From Lingula anatina (Eukaryota > Animalia > Brachiopoda), in the NCBI GenBank assembly GCA_051362555.1, contig CM120641.1, forward strand, positions 12,586,001 through 12,650,000: a stretch of DNA of 64,000 nt, given 5' to 3'. Below the pieces are notes generated by a model. That model saw only the letters and a program-made list of their open reading frames with translations. It had not been told where the DNA came from and ran no database searches. The position numbers were made by a program, and so were the translations under genes. This document shows, in pieces, positions 37,969 to 50,100 of the stretch (positions within the stretch are counted from its first letter, which is position 1; every line of letters begins with the position of its first letter).

Positions 37969-38135
37969 GGCTGGCAAGACTCTTGTTCCCACCAAAGTAA
38001 TGTCCATCTCACATGAAGAGGACATGTGCACTCTAACCATCAGTGAGGTCACAGTTGACCAGGCTGGACAGTACACATGCACAGCAGTCAACTCTGCAGG
38101 CAAGGCCATATGTACATCAGAGGTCAGAGTACAGG
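37969..38135 (+). CDS. Ig C-terminal half
   Basis: CTLTISEVTVDQAGQYTCTAVNSAG. Confidence 0.86.
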
Positions 38136-38361
38136 GTAAGGGCTCTTTGTATGGCAAGAGATATCAGTCTTTTCCAAGGTTTCAGTTTGATGTTCCGGGA
38201 ACAGTTTTAAGAAAAAATCAGCAAATTGCCAAGGAAAATGGTCTGCATGTGAATATAGATTTAAAAAAAACATTTGTTATGGTAAATGTCAATTTTATTA
38301 GTTTAAACACAATTGGGATGTTTGGAATTTATCTGTTCATTTATCGGTTCTCACTTTTCAG

Positions 38362-38476
38362 AGAGACCAGAGGCTCCTGAGTTTGTGCGTCCACTGGAAA
38401 AGAGAGTGGTCAAAGAGGGCAAGCAGGTCAAGATGGACTGTGCTGTGAAGGGAAAACCAACACCAGAGATCACGTG
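38362..38476 (+). CDS. Ig N-terminal half
   Basis: [35 protein letters not shown]. Confidence 0.86.
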
Positions 38477-38803
38477 GTGAGTAAATCTTTGGGTTATGTT
38501 TTAGAATGGCAAGAGGCAGTTAACATCTCAAGGGATTTGGAGCTTAATAGAGTGTTTGGTAAATTCTTCCTTTTATCTCAGAATGGTTTTATTTTATAGA
38601 CTTATTTGATAAAGTAGTGATACTCCTTCAGATAAACATGCAAAAAAGTACCATGGCTTATTGCAAAAAAAATATATATATTTATGAATACAAACACGCC
38701 ACACCAGTTTGTGACTTGTTTGAATAAGTATTGGAGAGAAATGATTTCGTAGATTTTAGATGTTGAATTCAGTCCGTTTGTGCAATTCCAAAAATGTTTA
38801 CAG

Positions 38804-38988
38804 GTTGCTCAATGATACACCCATTGAAGCTTCCAAGAGGGTTGTCCTTGACAAACGCCCCACTGATGAAGAGACTGTTCTTACTATGACAATTAATGAG
38901 GCAGTCCTGAAGGATTCTGGGACAGTGTCTGTCACTGCCGTCAACCCTGCTGGAGAAGTGAAGACATCTGCAGAATTGATTGTTGAAG
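38804..38988 (+). CDS. Ig C-terminal half
   Basis: LTMTINEAVLKDSGTVSVTAVNPAGEVKTSAELIVE. Confidence 0.86.
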
Positions 38989-39924
38989 GTAGGTTATATC
39001 TTTGTATTGCATTTCGTTTTATGGCTGGAGTATGGGTTGAAGGTTTTATTGTTGCTACACCACCTTTTGCACAGTTTGTAGTTGAATTTACACAAAAATG
39101 TGCGCTGACTGGCAGTGGCACTTAGTTTTAATTAGATGGTTTTAACAGACACACAAAGCATAGGTAATGCAAAGGCCAAACATGACTTTTATAAGCATTT
39201 TGTCTTATGGAAGAATTGTTTGTTTATACTTCTATTTCTTTGCCAATCTGGCTTAGACCACTTTGTGTAAGGATACATTTCACAGTCTTTTGCTTTCCTG
39301 TGATATCTTTCTCCCTTCTTAAAACATCTCCACCGTTTGATATCCAAGAAAAAGAGATGAAATGTAAGAATCTGCCATCTTAATTGATCAAGATTATTAG
39401 TGGCAGTAAATTGTTTGAGTTGGATAATGTTGGGAGGCGAGTACTGTGAAATGTTAGGGACAAGGTTTTATTGTGATAGTTGGTGCACATGCACATTTTA
39501 CTGTTTGCTGATATTAGAAAATAGAATTTTCACCACTGTGAATAGGTTGTAATAGGTAGTAACCTACATTGTTGCTGACTGCTGACAGTTTCAGAACATT
39601 TTTCCACAAGTGTGTATATTGGCTATTTTGTTGCTAGACCAATTATAGGGGTTTACATTTACCAGTTTATTGTAGTTTTGAGCTTTTACTATAGTACGTA
39701 ATACACTGGAGTGAAATGTTGAGATTTAGTGCTCTTTAAATCATCTAACATTCTGAATCTCTTAGATAGAGTTGTAGTATTCTGTATGTATTGTGGTCAA
39801 GGTGTCTTCAGAGCCTTGCTTAAGCTGGAAATAGTCAAACAGGCCTCGTCATAGTCAGTTTACACCATCTTACCAGCTAGGTTAAAATCCAATATGACAA
39901 CTGAGAGTGACTATGCCAGACTAA

Positions 39925-40234
39925 GGGGGGCATTCCCAATGAAACTATTGTTCAATGTAGATCGATCTAACTCTGCAGGTACTCTTGCTGAATGCTGTCA
40001 GATTAACTGGATGACATGCCTCCTTAAGCAGCTAGGGGGTGATTAACATTGATTTTCGTTTGGTCATTCTCAAAATTAATTGAATTAGCTTCCAAAAGTC
40101 AAGCTAACATGAAAATTTATCACCCCCTAGCTGCTCAAGTAGAAATGTCATTCATTTAATCTGAATGCATTCAGCAAGAGTCCATGCAGAGTTGGATGGA
40201 TCTACATAGAAAGAATTTCATAGGGAATGCGCCT
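39925..40234. mobile_element. Foldback MITE with about 115-bp imperfect terminal inverted repeats
   Basis: Left arm gcattcccaatgaaa...tcttgctgaatgc...gcagctagggggtgat is the reverse complement of right arm atcaccccctagctgc...gcattcagcaaga...tttcatagggaatgc. Confidence 0.8.
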
Positions 40235-40554
40235 ATAGGTTGCTTATAATGATAAGTTTCTAAGGTCTAGTGAGGGCCACGTCATGGTGAAGGTAGTTTG
40301 ACTATTTTTCAGTTTTAAAAGCAGGGTTGAGTTCTGAATGTGCCCTTAAGGCCAATTTCTAGTACAGGTGTGATGGTTTAACGTGCTAATGGACACAGGG
40401 GTAATAATTGATTTGTGCAGTTTGATAGTACATACTAATTTAAGCAAAACAAGTGTACTGGAAACAGGCTTGAGATTATGCATCTCTTAGTATCACTAGT
40501 CTTGCTCTTTCTTCACCTCTGTGTTCACTCTTTGTGCACTTTCTGTATTTATAG

Positions 40555-40566
40555 CTGCAGAAATTG
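40555..40566 (+). CDS. Candidate 12-nt microexon (AAEI)
   Basis: About 50-nt pyrimidine tract, atag|ctgcagaaattg|gtgagt; phase 1-1, matching both flanking exons. Confidence 0.55.
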
Positions 40567-40775
40567 GTGAGTAGGAAAAGTCTTTGCGCATGCTTTTTTA
40601 CTAACCAATGTGCTATGATGCTGTGAAAAATTGATAATTTCAAGAGTTCCAGCAAATGAGATAAGTCTCAATATAACAATAAAAATTGCTGTTATGATGA
40701 AATATAACACTTATTAATATTTTACTCTAAAATGACAACATTAGTTGATTCAGAAATAAAAACCATCAGAAACAT

Positions 40776-41125
40776 TTAAAGGGATAATAACTCTTCGTTT
40801 TGGCAAAAAAATGAATTTTCCTGGAGTAAATAACAATTTTCCCATACTTAATAATGGTTAATGAATCCATTTTTAGATTCAAAGATAGTCCCTGGTTTTT
40901 TTTCTAAAAAGGTTCTTTTTTTTTTATTTATAATATATTAAGAGATTATAACAGAGTATAGCCATCAATGGAGGTCATGCGGTCTAAAGACAAGTTCAGA
41001 TATCAGAATAATAGCTATAACTGCAGTTTTTGTGGTACAACAGAATATATTATATTTCTATGAGTTGTTCATAATGTTTTGATTGTGAAATATAGATCTT
41101 ATACAAAGAGTTATTATCCCTTTAA
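40776..41125. mobile_element. Non-autonomous TTAA-targeting MITE (Kolobok/T2-like)
   Basis: Perfect inverted ends ttaaagggataataactctt ... aagagttattatccctttaa; TTAA at both ends; second copy at about 53175. Confidence 0.82.
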
Positions 41126-42317
41126 GTAGGTATTGTTTATTGTTCATAGTTAAGAATGCATTTCTTAACTAGAACTGATGTTTTATGTATAATTTGCTTT
41201 TGTAGATGTCTGTAAAAAGTCTGTTACAAGTGTGGGGAAATTTTCTTTAAAAATAAAAATAAGTGATGTGCAAAATCCATTCAAGTAGTCACATACTGTA
41301 ACAGATTGCTTTTATGATATAAACCCTATGGTTTTTAAACTGAAGATTCTCACAACTTAAATCTCTATACATCATTTTATTTCTGCTGTATATGTACATT
41401 TATACTCATAATATATCCATAACGTTGAAATGCTAATCACTTAACATAGGAAACACCTTGCTACCAAGATGCAACATGCATATAATGTAATTTTTGTATA
41501 TATGACATGTACTTTGATATGCTTCACTTGACCACCCTTCAAAGGGGCCTATTTTGACATTGTCCAGATGGACATTGGGATAACAATCAAGAGCAAACTG
41601 AATAGACAGGTGTTGCATAATTCTATGAATTCCACTTTTAATCATAAGATAACAATGGGAAACCACATAGTCTCATGCTCCTTTACCTTATAATAGTGTG
41701 CATTTGTATTATATATGCAATGACATAGCATTGGGAACCTACATGTATAAATTGAATATCGAAATTTGTTGAAGGCTTTTCATAGTGTATATTGGTTTGC
41801 AGGGTGTTTTACATTTAAGTAAGTTAACACAGTGTCTCATTATTAAAATACTTATTTATTATTTATGTACATGTATGTAGATGTTTAATGGTTTGATTTT
41901 AATTTGAGTTGTAATGTACACTTTTTTAGATGTTCATAACATATCTGTTTCATTGTTTTAACTTTGCTCGTACCAAATAGGATCACAGGTATATGTACAG
42001 GTTGATCAGCTCAATGTTTTAACACTGTTTTGTGTGTTGTATTGTGCTATTGTTGTGTACTTTTTTTAGTCATGGTGTAAAGTGAAAACTGTTGTGTAGG
42101 AGTAATATAATGTTTTGGATTGGTTTTTAAATACATTGTTATATCTGTTAAGGTTAATCTATTGATAATCAGTATTTACTCAAAGAAATCTCGCCATATT
42201 TGTGATTGTGAATCAAATGCAAATATTTGAAAGCATTATCTTTTTTATTATGATTATTATTATTCATCTAGAATTTTAGATCCATATGTATATTTTTTTC
42301 TTCTTTTAACCTTACAG

Positions 42318-42432
42318 TAAAGAAAGAGGCTCCTAAGATCACCAGGCAACCAGAGAATGTTGAGACATTTGAGTTTAATACAGTAACATTTGAGTGTTCA
42401 GTTACTGGCAAGCCTGAGCCTGAGGTGATATG
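42318..42432 (+). CDS. Ig N-terminal half
   Basis: EAPKITRQPENVETFEFNTVTFECSVTGKPEPEVIW. Confidence 0.86.
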
Positions 42433-42649
42433 GTAAGTTGAAGAAAAAAAAGAATACAAAAAGTTAGTGTTAGAAATTAACACTTAAATCATAAAAGATG
42501 CCTAATGAAAGGATAAGATAATTTGTAATGTTTTTTATTTTAGAAAAGCGCTAGTGGAGGAAAACCCCATTATTTTATTTTGACATGAAATGTGTTTTGA
42601 ACTAATTCTCTTTCAAAATAATATTATTCATATATTTCATATCTATTAG

Positions 42650-42822
42650 GTTGAAAGGTAATACACAGCTAGTGGAATCTGATAGAATACATATAACTGC
42701 TGAAGAAGGCAAACATACACTGACCATGGACAAGGTTACTACTGCTGATGGAGGAATTATTAACGTAAAAGTGTCCAGTCCTGCAGGACAACAGTCTGCC
42801 ACTGCAAAATTGAGAGTCACTC
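42650..42822 (+). CDS. Ig C-terminal half
   Basis: LKGNTQLVESDRI...HTLTMDKVTTADGG...ATAKLRVT. Confidence 0.86.
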
Positions 42823-43018
42823 GTAAGTTGCCTTTTTCTGTTTTAGTAAATTGTTAATGTTATGGTTACTGTATGCGATTGAATCCTTTTTTATCAGCTT
42901 CTAATTGCTCTGGTATGAATTCTTTTTATTAGTTTCTAGCATTGTATTAATCCAGCTTTAAACATATTATAACATAATTGGAAGTTTTAAATTTTATTTT
43001 ATGCATAAAACAACCAAT

Positions 43019-43422
43019 AACTAGAAAAGCACTCAGAGAGGGCAGACCTCAACCAAGGCAGTAAAGTCTCCATCCAATGCCGTTTCACCCCTAAATTTTT
43101 GCTATTTTTGATTTTTGATTATTGATTGATTATTGATCTGGATCACCACCAAAAACTAATAATCTATTCCTTGGCCTACTTCTGACAATTCCTGAAAATT
43201 TCATCAAAATCGGACCATAACTTAGTTTTTTTATTATTGATTATTGATTGATTATTGATCCGGATCACCACCAAAAACTAATCATCTCTTCCTTGGCCCT
43301 TTTGTGACAGTTCCTGAAAATTTCATCAAAATCAGTCCATAACTTTTTGAGTTATGTTGATGACAGACAAACAAACAAACAAACAAACAGGGGTGAAAAC
43401 ATAACCTCCTTGGCAGAAGTAA
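43019..43422. mobile_element. Helentron-associated (HINE/DINE-1-like) non-autonomous element
   Basis: 5' aactagaaaagcactcagagag, subterminal acctcaaccaagg versus 3' ccttggcagaagt, two about 120-bp internal tandem cores and an (ACAA)n microsatellite before the 3' end. Confidence 0.68.
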
Positions 43423-43497
43423 ATATTTAATGTCATGATCAAGAGTGAATTTCCAAAATGAATGACAATATATAGTAAGGAGTTCTTTTTCTTTCAG

Positions 43498-43609
43498 CTG
43501 TGAAACCAGCAAAGATCATTGAGAAACCAAAAGATACCACAGTGCCAGAACATGGAACAGCCAAGTTTACCAGCAAAATTACTGGCACACCAGTACCTAC
43601 TGTTACTTG
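43498..43609 (+). CDS. Ig N-terminal half
   Basis: KPAKIIEKPKDTTVPEHGTAKFTSKITGTPVPTVTW. Confidence 0.86.
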
Positions 43610-43835
43610 GTCAGTTCTGTTACAAAATCGATTATGCATGATTATAAATAATATTAACTTAAAGTGTTTGAGTTTTTTACTTGCCTTTCATATTACCATG
43701 CACCTGTTGATAATTTCCTCAAAGCAGCAAGTTCATTATTATTACATATTTTCATGCCTGTCCAGAATTTTAATCCTGCCTCTCTGTTCCAACAATTTCC
43801 TACAGTAAATAACTGGCATAATACCTTCACTTCAG

Positions 43836-44351
43836 GTTCCTAAATGACCAAGAACTACAGCCCAGTGAGACAATTCACACTGACTTCATTAAGAAGGATA
43901 ACACTTTTACTCTCACCATTGATGACTGCATGCCAGACAAGATGGGACCAGTGAAAGTTGTGGCCAAGAACAATGGTGGCGATGTCTCAGCTGAGTGTAA
44001 GCTAACAGTGGAAGGCAGAGCGCCATCTTTTGTTCAAAAACCCATCAAGTGCACTGTCATGGAGGGCAGCACTGCTGTCTTCCGTTGCAGAATTGATGGT
44101 GAGCCCATGCCCACTGTGCAGTGGTCTAAAGGAAAATGGAAGAAGTTTACTCATGGAGGCAAAGTGAAGGTTTACCGTGATGAGGAGACTGATGAACAAG
44201 TCTTGGAGATTGAAAGTATTACCAGTAAAGATGCTGGGACATATACTGTCACACTAAAGAATGATAAGGGAGTTGAAGAGTGCTCAGCTACTCTAATTGT
44301 CACCGATGACTCAGAGGCTATGGAAGACTGGAGGGCTCAGCTCAAACATAT
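43836..44351 (+). CDS. Ig C-terminal half plus a titin I80 (N2A)-like Ig and DWRAQLK motif
   Basis: APSFVQKPIKCTVMEGSTAVFRCRIDGEPMPTVQWSKGKWKKFTHGGKV...DAGTYTV; canonical splice sites. Confidence 0.9.
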
Positions 44352-44795
44352 GTAAGTAGTGTTATCGTTTGGCAATTTTCGTAGTAGCTTTCCCCAAATA
44401 ATTGTTTAAGATTTACTTACTTTACCTTCTATGCATCTTGGAGCATAGGCCACTTATAAGATCCATCCATGCCTGCTCTGATTTGCCTCTGGGAGAGTGG
44501 ACCTTTGATTCCATGTTCCTTTGGGGGAGTAGACCTTTGATTCTGTTTTCCTTCTGGAAAACCAGTGACCCCATAGTGAAATAGATACTCAAAATGTCTA
44601 TTCTGCCAGAAATAAGATTGTTTTAATAATCTCAGAAGGGTTTTATTTTAGTTATTTTCATCCACTATGCAGTGGTGTATGTGGTGCAAGATAAAAAAAA
44701 TGCTAACAGGGTTTATAAAAAAGAATGACCCAGAAATATGTTAATATGCTTCAGATCATGATAAATACACAATACATTGCTTATCACTTTTGAAG

Positions 44796-44973
44796 CTCAA
44801 CTGAGGAAGTCACTGGTCCAGAAGTGGAGGAAATAGACTGGCAAGTCCAGCTCAAACCTACTCAATCCCCAGAAGAACAGGGTGCTGAGGACGAGGGTGT
44901 GACAGTGCCCCTTCGCCATGTCTCATCAGAGGAGAAAGAGGAAGAGGAGGAGGAGAAGGAAAAGCCAGAGGAG
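44796..44973 (+). CDS. E-rich linker exon (DWQVQLK)
   Basis: tgaag| ... |gtaagt; phase 2-0, consistent with its neighbours. Confidence 0.75.
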
Positions 44974-45260
44974 GTAAGTAACGTTAAAGTATTAGCTAGA
45001 ACAATAAAATGGAATGTTTTAAACGTAAAATATAAAAAAAATTGTTGTACACAAAAATTTATAAATAATTTATGTCCCAAAAAGATTACAAAAAAAAAAG
45101 AATTAATATGTGTACTAGGCCATATATTTACATTGGATAAAAATAAATATTTTTAATATATTTATGTAGAAATATTTTTTGAAAATCCCAGAAATATCTG
45201 TTAGAATTAGAAATGTATTTTAATAGGTAAATATATCATATGAAAATATTACTTGTCCAG

Positions 45261-45461
45261 GTTGAATACAAACCTGAAGACATCACAGTTCAGCTTCCTG
45301 AGCGTGAGAAAGTGGAGTTGGAGCCAATGCCAGAGAAGGTAAAGCCAGAGAAAGCTCCCTCTGAACCAAAGGAGGAGGAGAAGGAAAAATATGAGAGGAA
45401 ACCCAAAGAGGTCACAACTCAGGAAGAAGAGGCAATCACTCTAGAAATTCCTAAAGTCACG
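45261..45461 (+). CDS. PEVK exon
   Basis: gtccag| ... |gtaata; VEYKPEDITVQLPEREKVELEPMPEKVKPEKAPSEPKEEEKEKYERKPKE. Confidence 0.84.
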
Positions 45462-45597
45462 GTAATATATTAGATCTAGATTTTGGTATATTTCAACTTG
45501 AAGGTTGAAAACTTGTCATTTTTTTGCATATTTTGTTTTTTTAATTATGTTTAAGGCTAATCATATTTCACTGTTTTGCTTTTGTGCATTGTTTTTT

Positions 45598-45628
<31 letters not shown>

Positions 45629-45873
45629 GTAATATGTAAATCTCAGCTGTTCTTTTCTCATGTAGTTAATACTTATGTGTTTTGACAATTTTAATTTTAT
45701 GCCAACAATTTTTGTTTTTATTTTTCTAGGTTCTTATGTTATTATGGTATCAGTTTTATTTGTTGAATTTATGAATATTATTTTGACCTTTTACATAAAG
45801 ATTATAAAAGTTTCAAATTGAGAGCCATCTTATATTTCGAAATTTTTGCTGAATTAAATGTGCTCTGTTATAG

Positions 45874-46132
45874 TGGGAATTCATTAAGGAACTGGAAGAT
45901 GTCACTGTCAAAGAGAAGGGGGTGGCTCAGTTTGAATGTGCGGTCACAGTTCAAAATGCTGCAGTCCAGTGGTACATTGATGATAATGAGGTAGCCCCTA
46001 GCCCCAAGTTTGAAGTCCAGGTGGATGGCCAGACACACAAGTTGACCATCAGTAATGTTCGGCCACAGGACAGTGGACAGGTCACCTGCAAGTTTGGGGA
46101 CCTTGTTTCCAGGGCTAACCTGGTGGTAGAAG
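45874..46132 (+). CDS. Ig exon, first domain of the distal tandem-Ig subtype
   Basis: WEFIKELEDVTVKEKGVAQFECAVTVQNAAVQWY...HKLTISNVRPQDSG; ends in phase 1. Confidence 0.88.
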
Positions 46133-47172
46133 GTAGGAGTGTAACTCTGTTTAAGTCAATGACAGTTTTTGTGTCTTTTCAATAAGCAAAGTTTGTGCAG
46201 TTTGGAAGTTGTCTTAAACATTTTACAAGGTTAATATGAATGTCCTGTGTAGTAAAATCTTGTCATCAAACAATTAATAATCCTCAGTATGTATTATGAT
46301 GAATCATTGGTCTCTAAACTGCACAAATGTTTAATTTAAAGAATAAGTGAGTGATGATTAAAAAGGACCAAACAGTATTAAGCAAGATAATTGAGCTAGG
46401 ATGTAGATATATGGTGGTGGTAAGTACATAAGAAATAAAGCATGCTAAAATGCATGAGGTTGATTCACAATGATTAACAGAACATTGATCATAAAAGCAT
46501 GGGAATCAGGGAGTAGAATATACTTAATAATCAGGAGATTAACATAAATAACAGCTGCTTTGCTAAGGTAAGTGACATCAGAAGAACCATCATGTTTGCT
46601 CTATAAAGGAAAAATTGGCTGATTCGAGATAAAGGACAAAATTGTCATGATTCGAGAACTCAAATTTGTTTTTGTATTTTAAAGCATGCCAGTGTGCTGC
46701 CATATCATCCTTTCTTCAGAGCACAGTATAGCATGGTGTTTATTCTGATAATCTATTTAACAAAAAGACCAGATTTATGCTAGTTTGAATCATTGATGGA
46801 AAGCTTAACCATAATGCTTAATAGTTTAGAGTAATACTACTAACTGTGTTGCTTAAGCCATCTTATCAGATTTTGCTTAGTTTATTCTTTAGTAATTGAT
46901 AAACCCAGCTAGCAGTTACTAACCGCTTAAAAACTACTACCTTCTGCTGTTAACTTGTTTAACATAAAAAGGCATGCTTGGTTATTCTTTGAAAGTAAAA
47001 TAGTTACTTTATGACATAGAAAAAGCATAACAAAATAAGCCAGAACAAGGGGATGATAGGCGGTACATAACAGCACCAGGCAGGCAAGGTGGCGGTAGTA
47101 ACTGCTCAGTCAAAATGCAGTTTGGTTGCAGCTATATAAATGTGCGGGTTTTGTTTCTTTAACCAATACCAG

Positions 47173-50100
47173 GTGGTGCCACTGATGAGGTTGATGGTAA
47201 CGCAGCATGCTATCAGGAGCCGCTGGTGTTTGATTTAAATCTCAACACAAGTATGGACTTATGTGATTTAACATCTGGTGGCATGCCAAATAAGGATGTG
47301 GAGGTTCAAGAGCCAAATATTATTCCAGTAATAAGGGGTATAAAGGAAGATCAAGTGGCGCAGGAGCTTTCTTACATAACACGTCCACTGACAATTGAAA
47401 CAAGCAGTAGAGCTGATAAGGGAAAGGCTTCTAGGGCTGCTACTGCTGCTGCTGTTGCTGCTACTACTGGTGGTGATAACCGCGAGCTAGATGTGTGTAT
47501 GTCTGACTCAAGTGTAGATTTAGATAGCCCTGAGGCTGTGCGTAAAGAGGTTTTGGTGAACTCTAAAGAGTTTCAGGGTTTTTACATGTCAATGATTCCT
47601 TCCCGTACTTCCTTAGATGTGGTGGAAGAACTTTCCCATGAAGAGGATGATACAGAATCCAAGAAAACACCCAGCATTGGTGGTGGTGATGACAGCAACA
47701 CTGATCTCACCAGTGATGATGATTTTGATGATTCCAAAAGCTTTGAAGATGATGTGCCAGATATGGATGATGATGAAAGGCGACCCAGTGCTCTAGAACA
47801 TTACTATGAGCACATTGTTCCTAGTCAATCTCCAGAAAATTACTATGAAAGGCTTAGACCTTATGGAAGAACAACTTCAGAACTCTCAACCACATCTGCT
47901 GATTATGAGATCTATGATTGTGCACAAGAAGTATTTGTGTATGATGATTTAAAAGATAAACAGTTAGACTGGGAAGATGGAGATGAAAGGCAGCATAGAG
48001 GAAGTAGAGCAAGCTCTGAATCTGATGCTGAACCTCTTGGTGAGCCACAGCTTCCAGACTATGACTCAGCAGAATCGTCTGACAGTGACCTAGAAACCAG
48101 TGCTGCATCCATGGCAACAGTGGTGGAGAAAGAACCAGTGCAATCACCAGAAACAGACCTATCTGCTGGGGTCCTTATCATACACGAAGTCTCCAGACAA
48201 CAGGTGTCACCACAAATGATGCGTTCTGAGTTTAACATCAGTAGTGTGACCCAGGAATCTAGGGAGGCCAAAGCAATGAGTTTTGAAGGGTTAGTACCTC
48301 TTGTCCATGTCCACCTACAGAAAGAAGCAGCTATGCAGGTTCAAAGTGATGATGCCAATGATGGATGTTCTGAGGTTAACCATGAAGAGGAAATTCAAGA
48401 CAATGAAGCACTAGATAATTCCCAACCTGATGAACAACCAAGTCTACAGATTCAAACTGAATCAATCTTTGTTCCTCCAACTCTAGATTCTACTAATCGA
48501 CCACGTCAGCTGGGTCCAATTCGAGTCATTGGACATTCACCAGAAGTTGTGGTTATGAACACTTCTCCAACTAAAGAAAAACTGTTTCCACTGAAAGACA
48601 TTATTGGAGCAGCTCTACAACATAAAGCTGCTGATGATAAAGGTTCCTTAAAAGAGACTGAGAAAATGAACTTGCCCCAGCGTCAGGAAACTGCTGAATC
48701 AGATGGCAGTGAGTCTAGTGGAACATCTGCAGATACAGTGAAAGAAGGAAAGTCATGGCCCATGCAGGCAGATACATATACTGAAGAGACACTTTCATTT
48801 GATATTCATGAATATGGGCGTCATAGAAAAAATACAACCTTATCTTCTTCACCTTGGCTTGATGTTACAACACAAGGGCCAGTGGAAGAGGAGGAGGAAG
48901 AGATTGTGGAGGAGGAGATCAAAGTCACTTACACCCAAAGAAAACATTCTCCCATCAAACCTCTATCACCTGTTTCAAGGGGAGAAAATAAACACAAAGA
49001 CAAACAAACTTTGTGGAAAGAAAACAATATTCTCCACACATCTACAGATGACAATTCTCAATACAAACATGGTACCACAAGTGGTCTAGATAAAAGTCAT
49101 GAAACAGTCTTGGAAACCAGTGCAAGTGTGAGGAGAAATGAGCTCTCTATTGCATTGAATGAAGTGAATTTACCTTCAGCTGAATCAGATGATCCATTAG
49201 CTATATTAGAGATGATGGAGGATGAATCTACTGTGGTAACCATCGATAACAGAGGAATCTCAGTCAGATTGTCAGACAAAGAATCAAAGGTGGAATTTCA
49301 TGAGGAAAGTTCCTCATCAAATTATCAGCAAGATACCCTGGAGTTAACTATAAGAAAACAGGAGCCGTCACCAGGAAAAAGCTATGACACCAATTTCACT
49401 GTGATTACTGTACCAGATGGGAAAGGTTTGAGGGCTGGGAGGGTGAAAAAAAGTGGTGCTGTTTCTCAACCACCCATGTTTGAAATTGATGATGATGTTA
49501 AGGAAAATGTAGTTGATTCAGAGTCTGAGTCTGACTCCTCTTCCTCTTGTGGTAGTTATGAGGCTGAACCTTCTTTTACAATTCAACGTAAAATTGAGAA
49601 GATAACGGAGGAAGATGAGGAAGAACAAGAAAGGGACCTTGTAGAAGAATGTGATGATCAGCTGAAAGAACACATTAGTATGAAACACTTCAGACCTATT
49701 GAATCTACAGGTCAAACTCAACAGCAACAGGAAAGGGATGAAAAAGTAAGTCCTGATGCTTTAATCCCGGTGCAGGAACCTGTCACTATTGGCTCAGATG
49801 AAATGTCTGCTGAAGAGTTATCTCTTCTACAGAAGATAGCACCACATTCCAAAGACTCCACTTCCAACACACAATCCCCAATTAGTCGAAAGTCACCCAG
49901 ACAGCCAGCCAGAGTTAAGGTCTTCAAGGCTAGAAAGCAACTGAAAGACGTTTTAAAAATGTTTGAGGAAGAGGAAGCCAAAAATAAAGGTGCTCTGTCA
50001 GGCCATGTTTCAGCAGACACGTCAGATGTTGGGACTGAGGGTGAACCAGAACTTAAACCAGTTGCATTCCTGCAGTCAAGAGAGACTCTGTCTCAGCAAA

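Noticed and set aside
44490-44552. Two about 32-nt direct repeats (gagt[g/a]gacctttgattc)
   Set aside because: Short local intronic duplication with no further structure.
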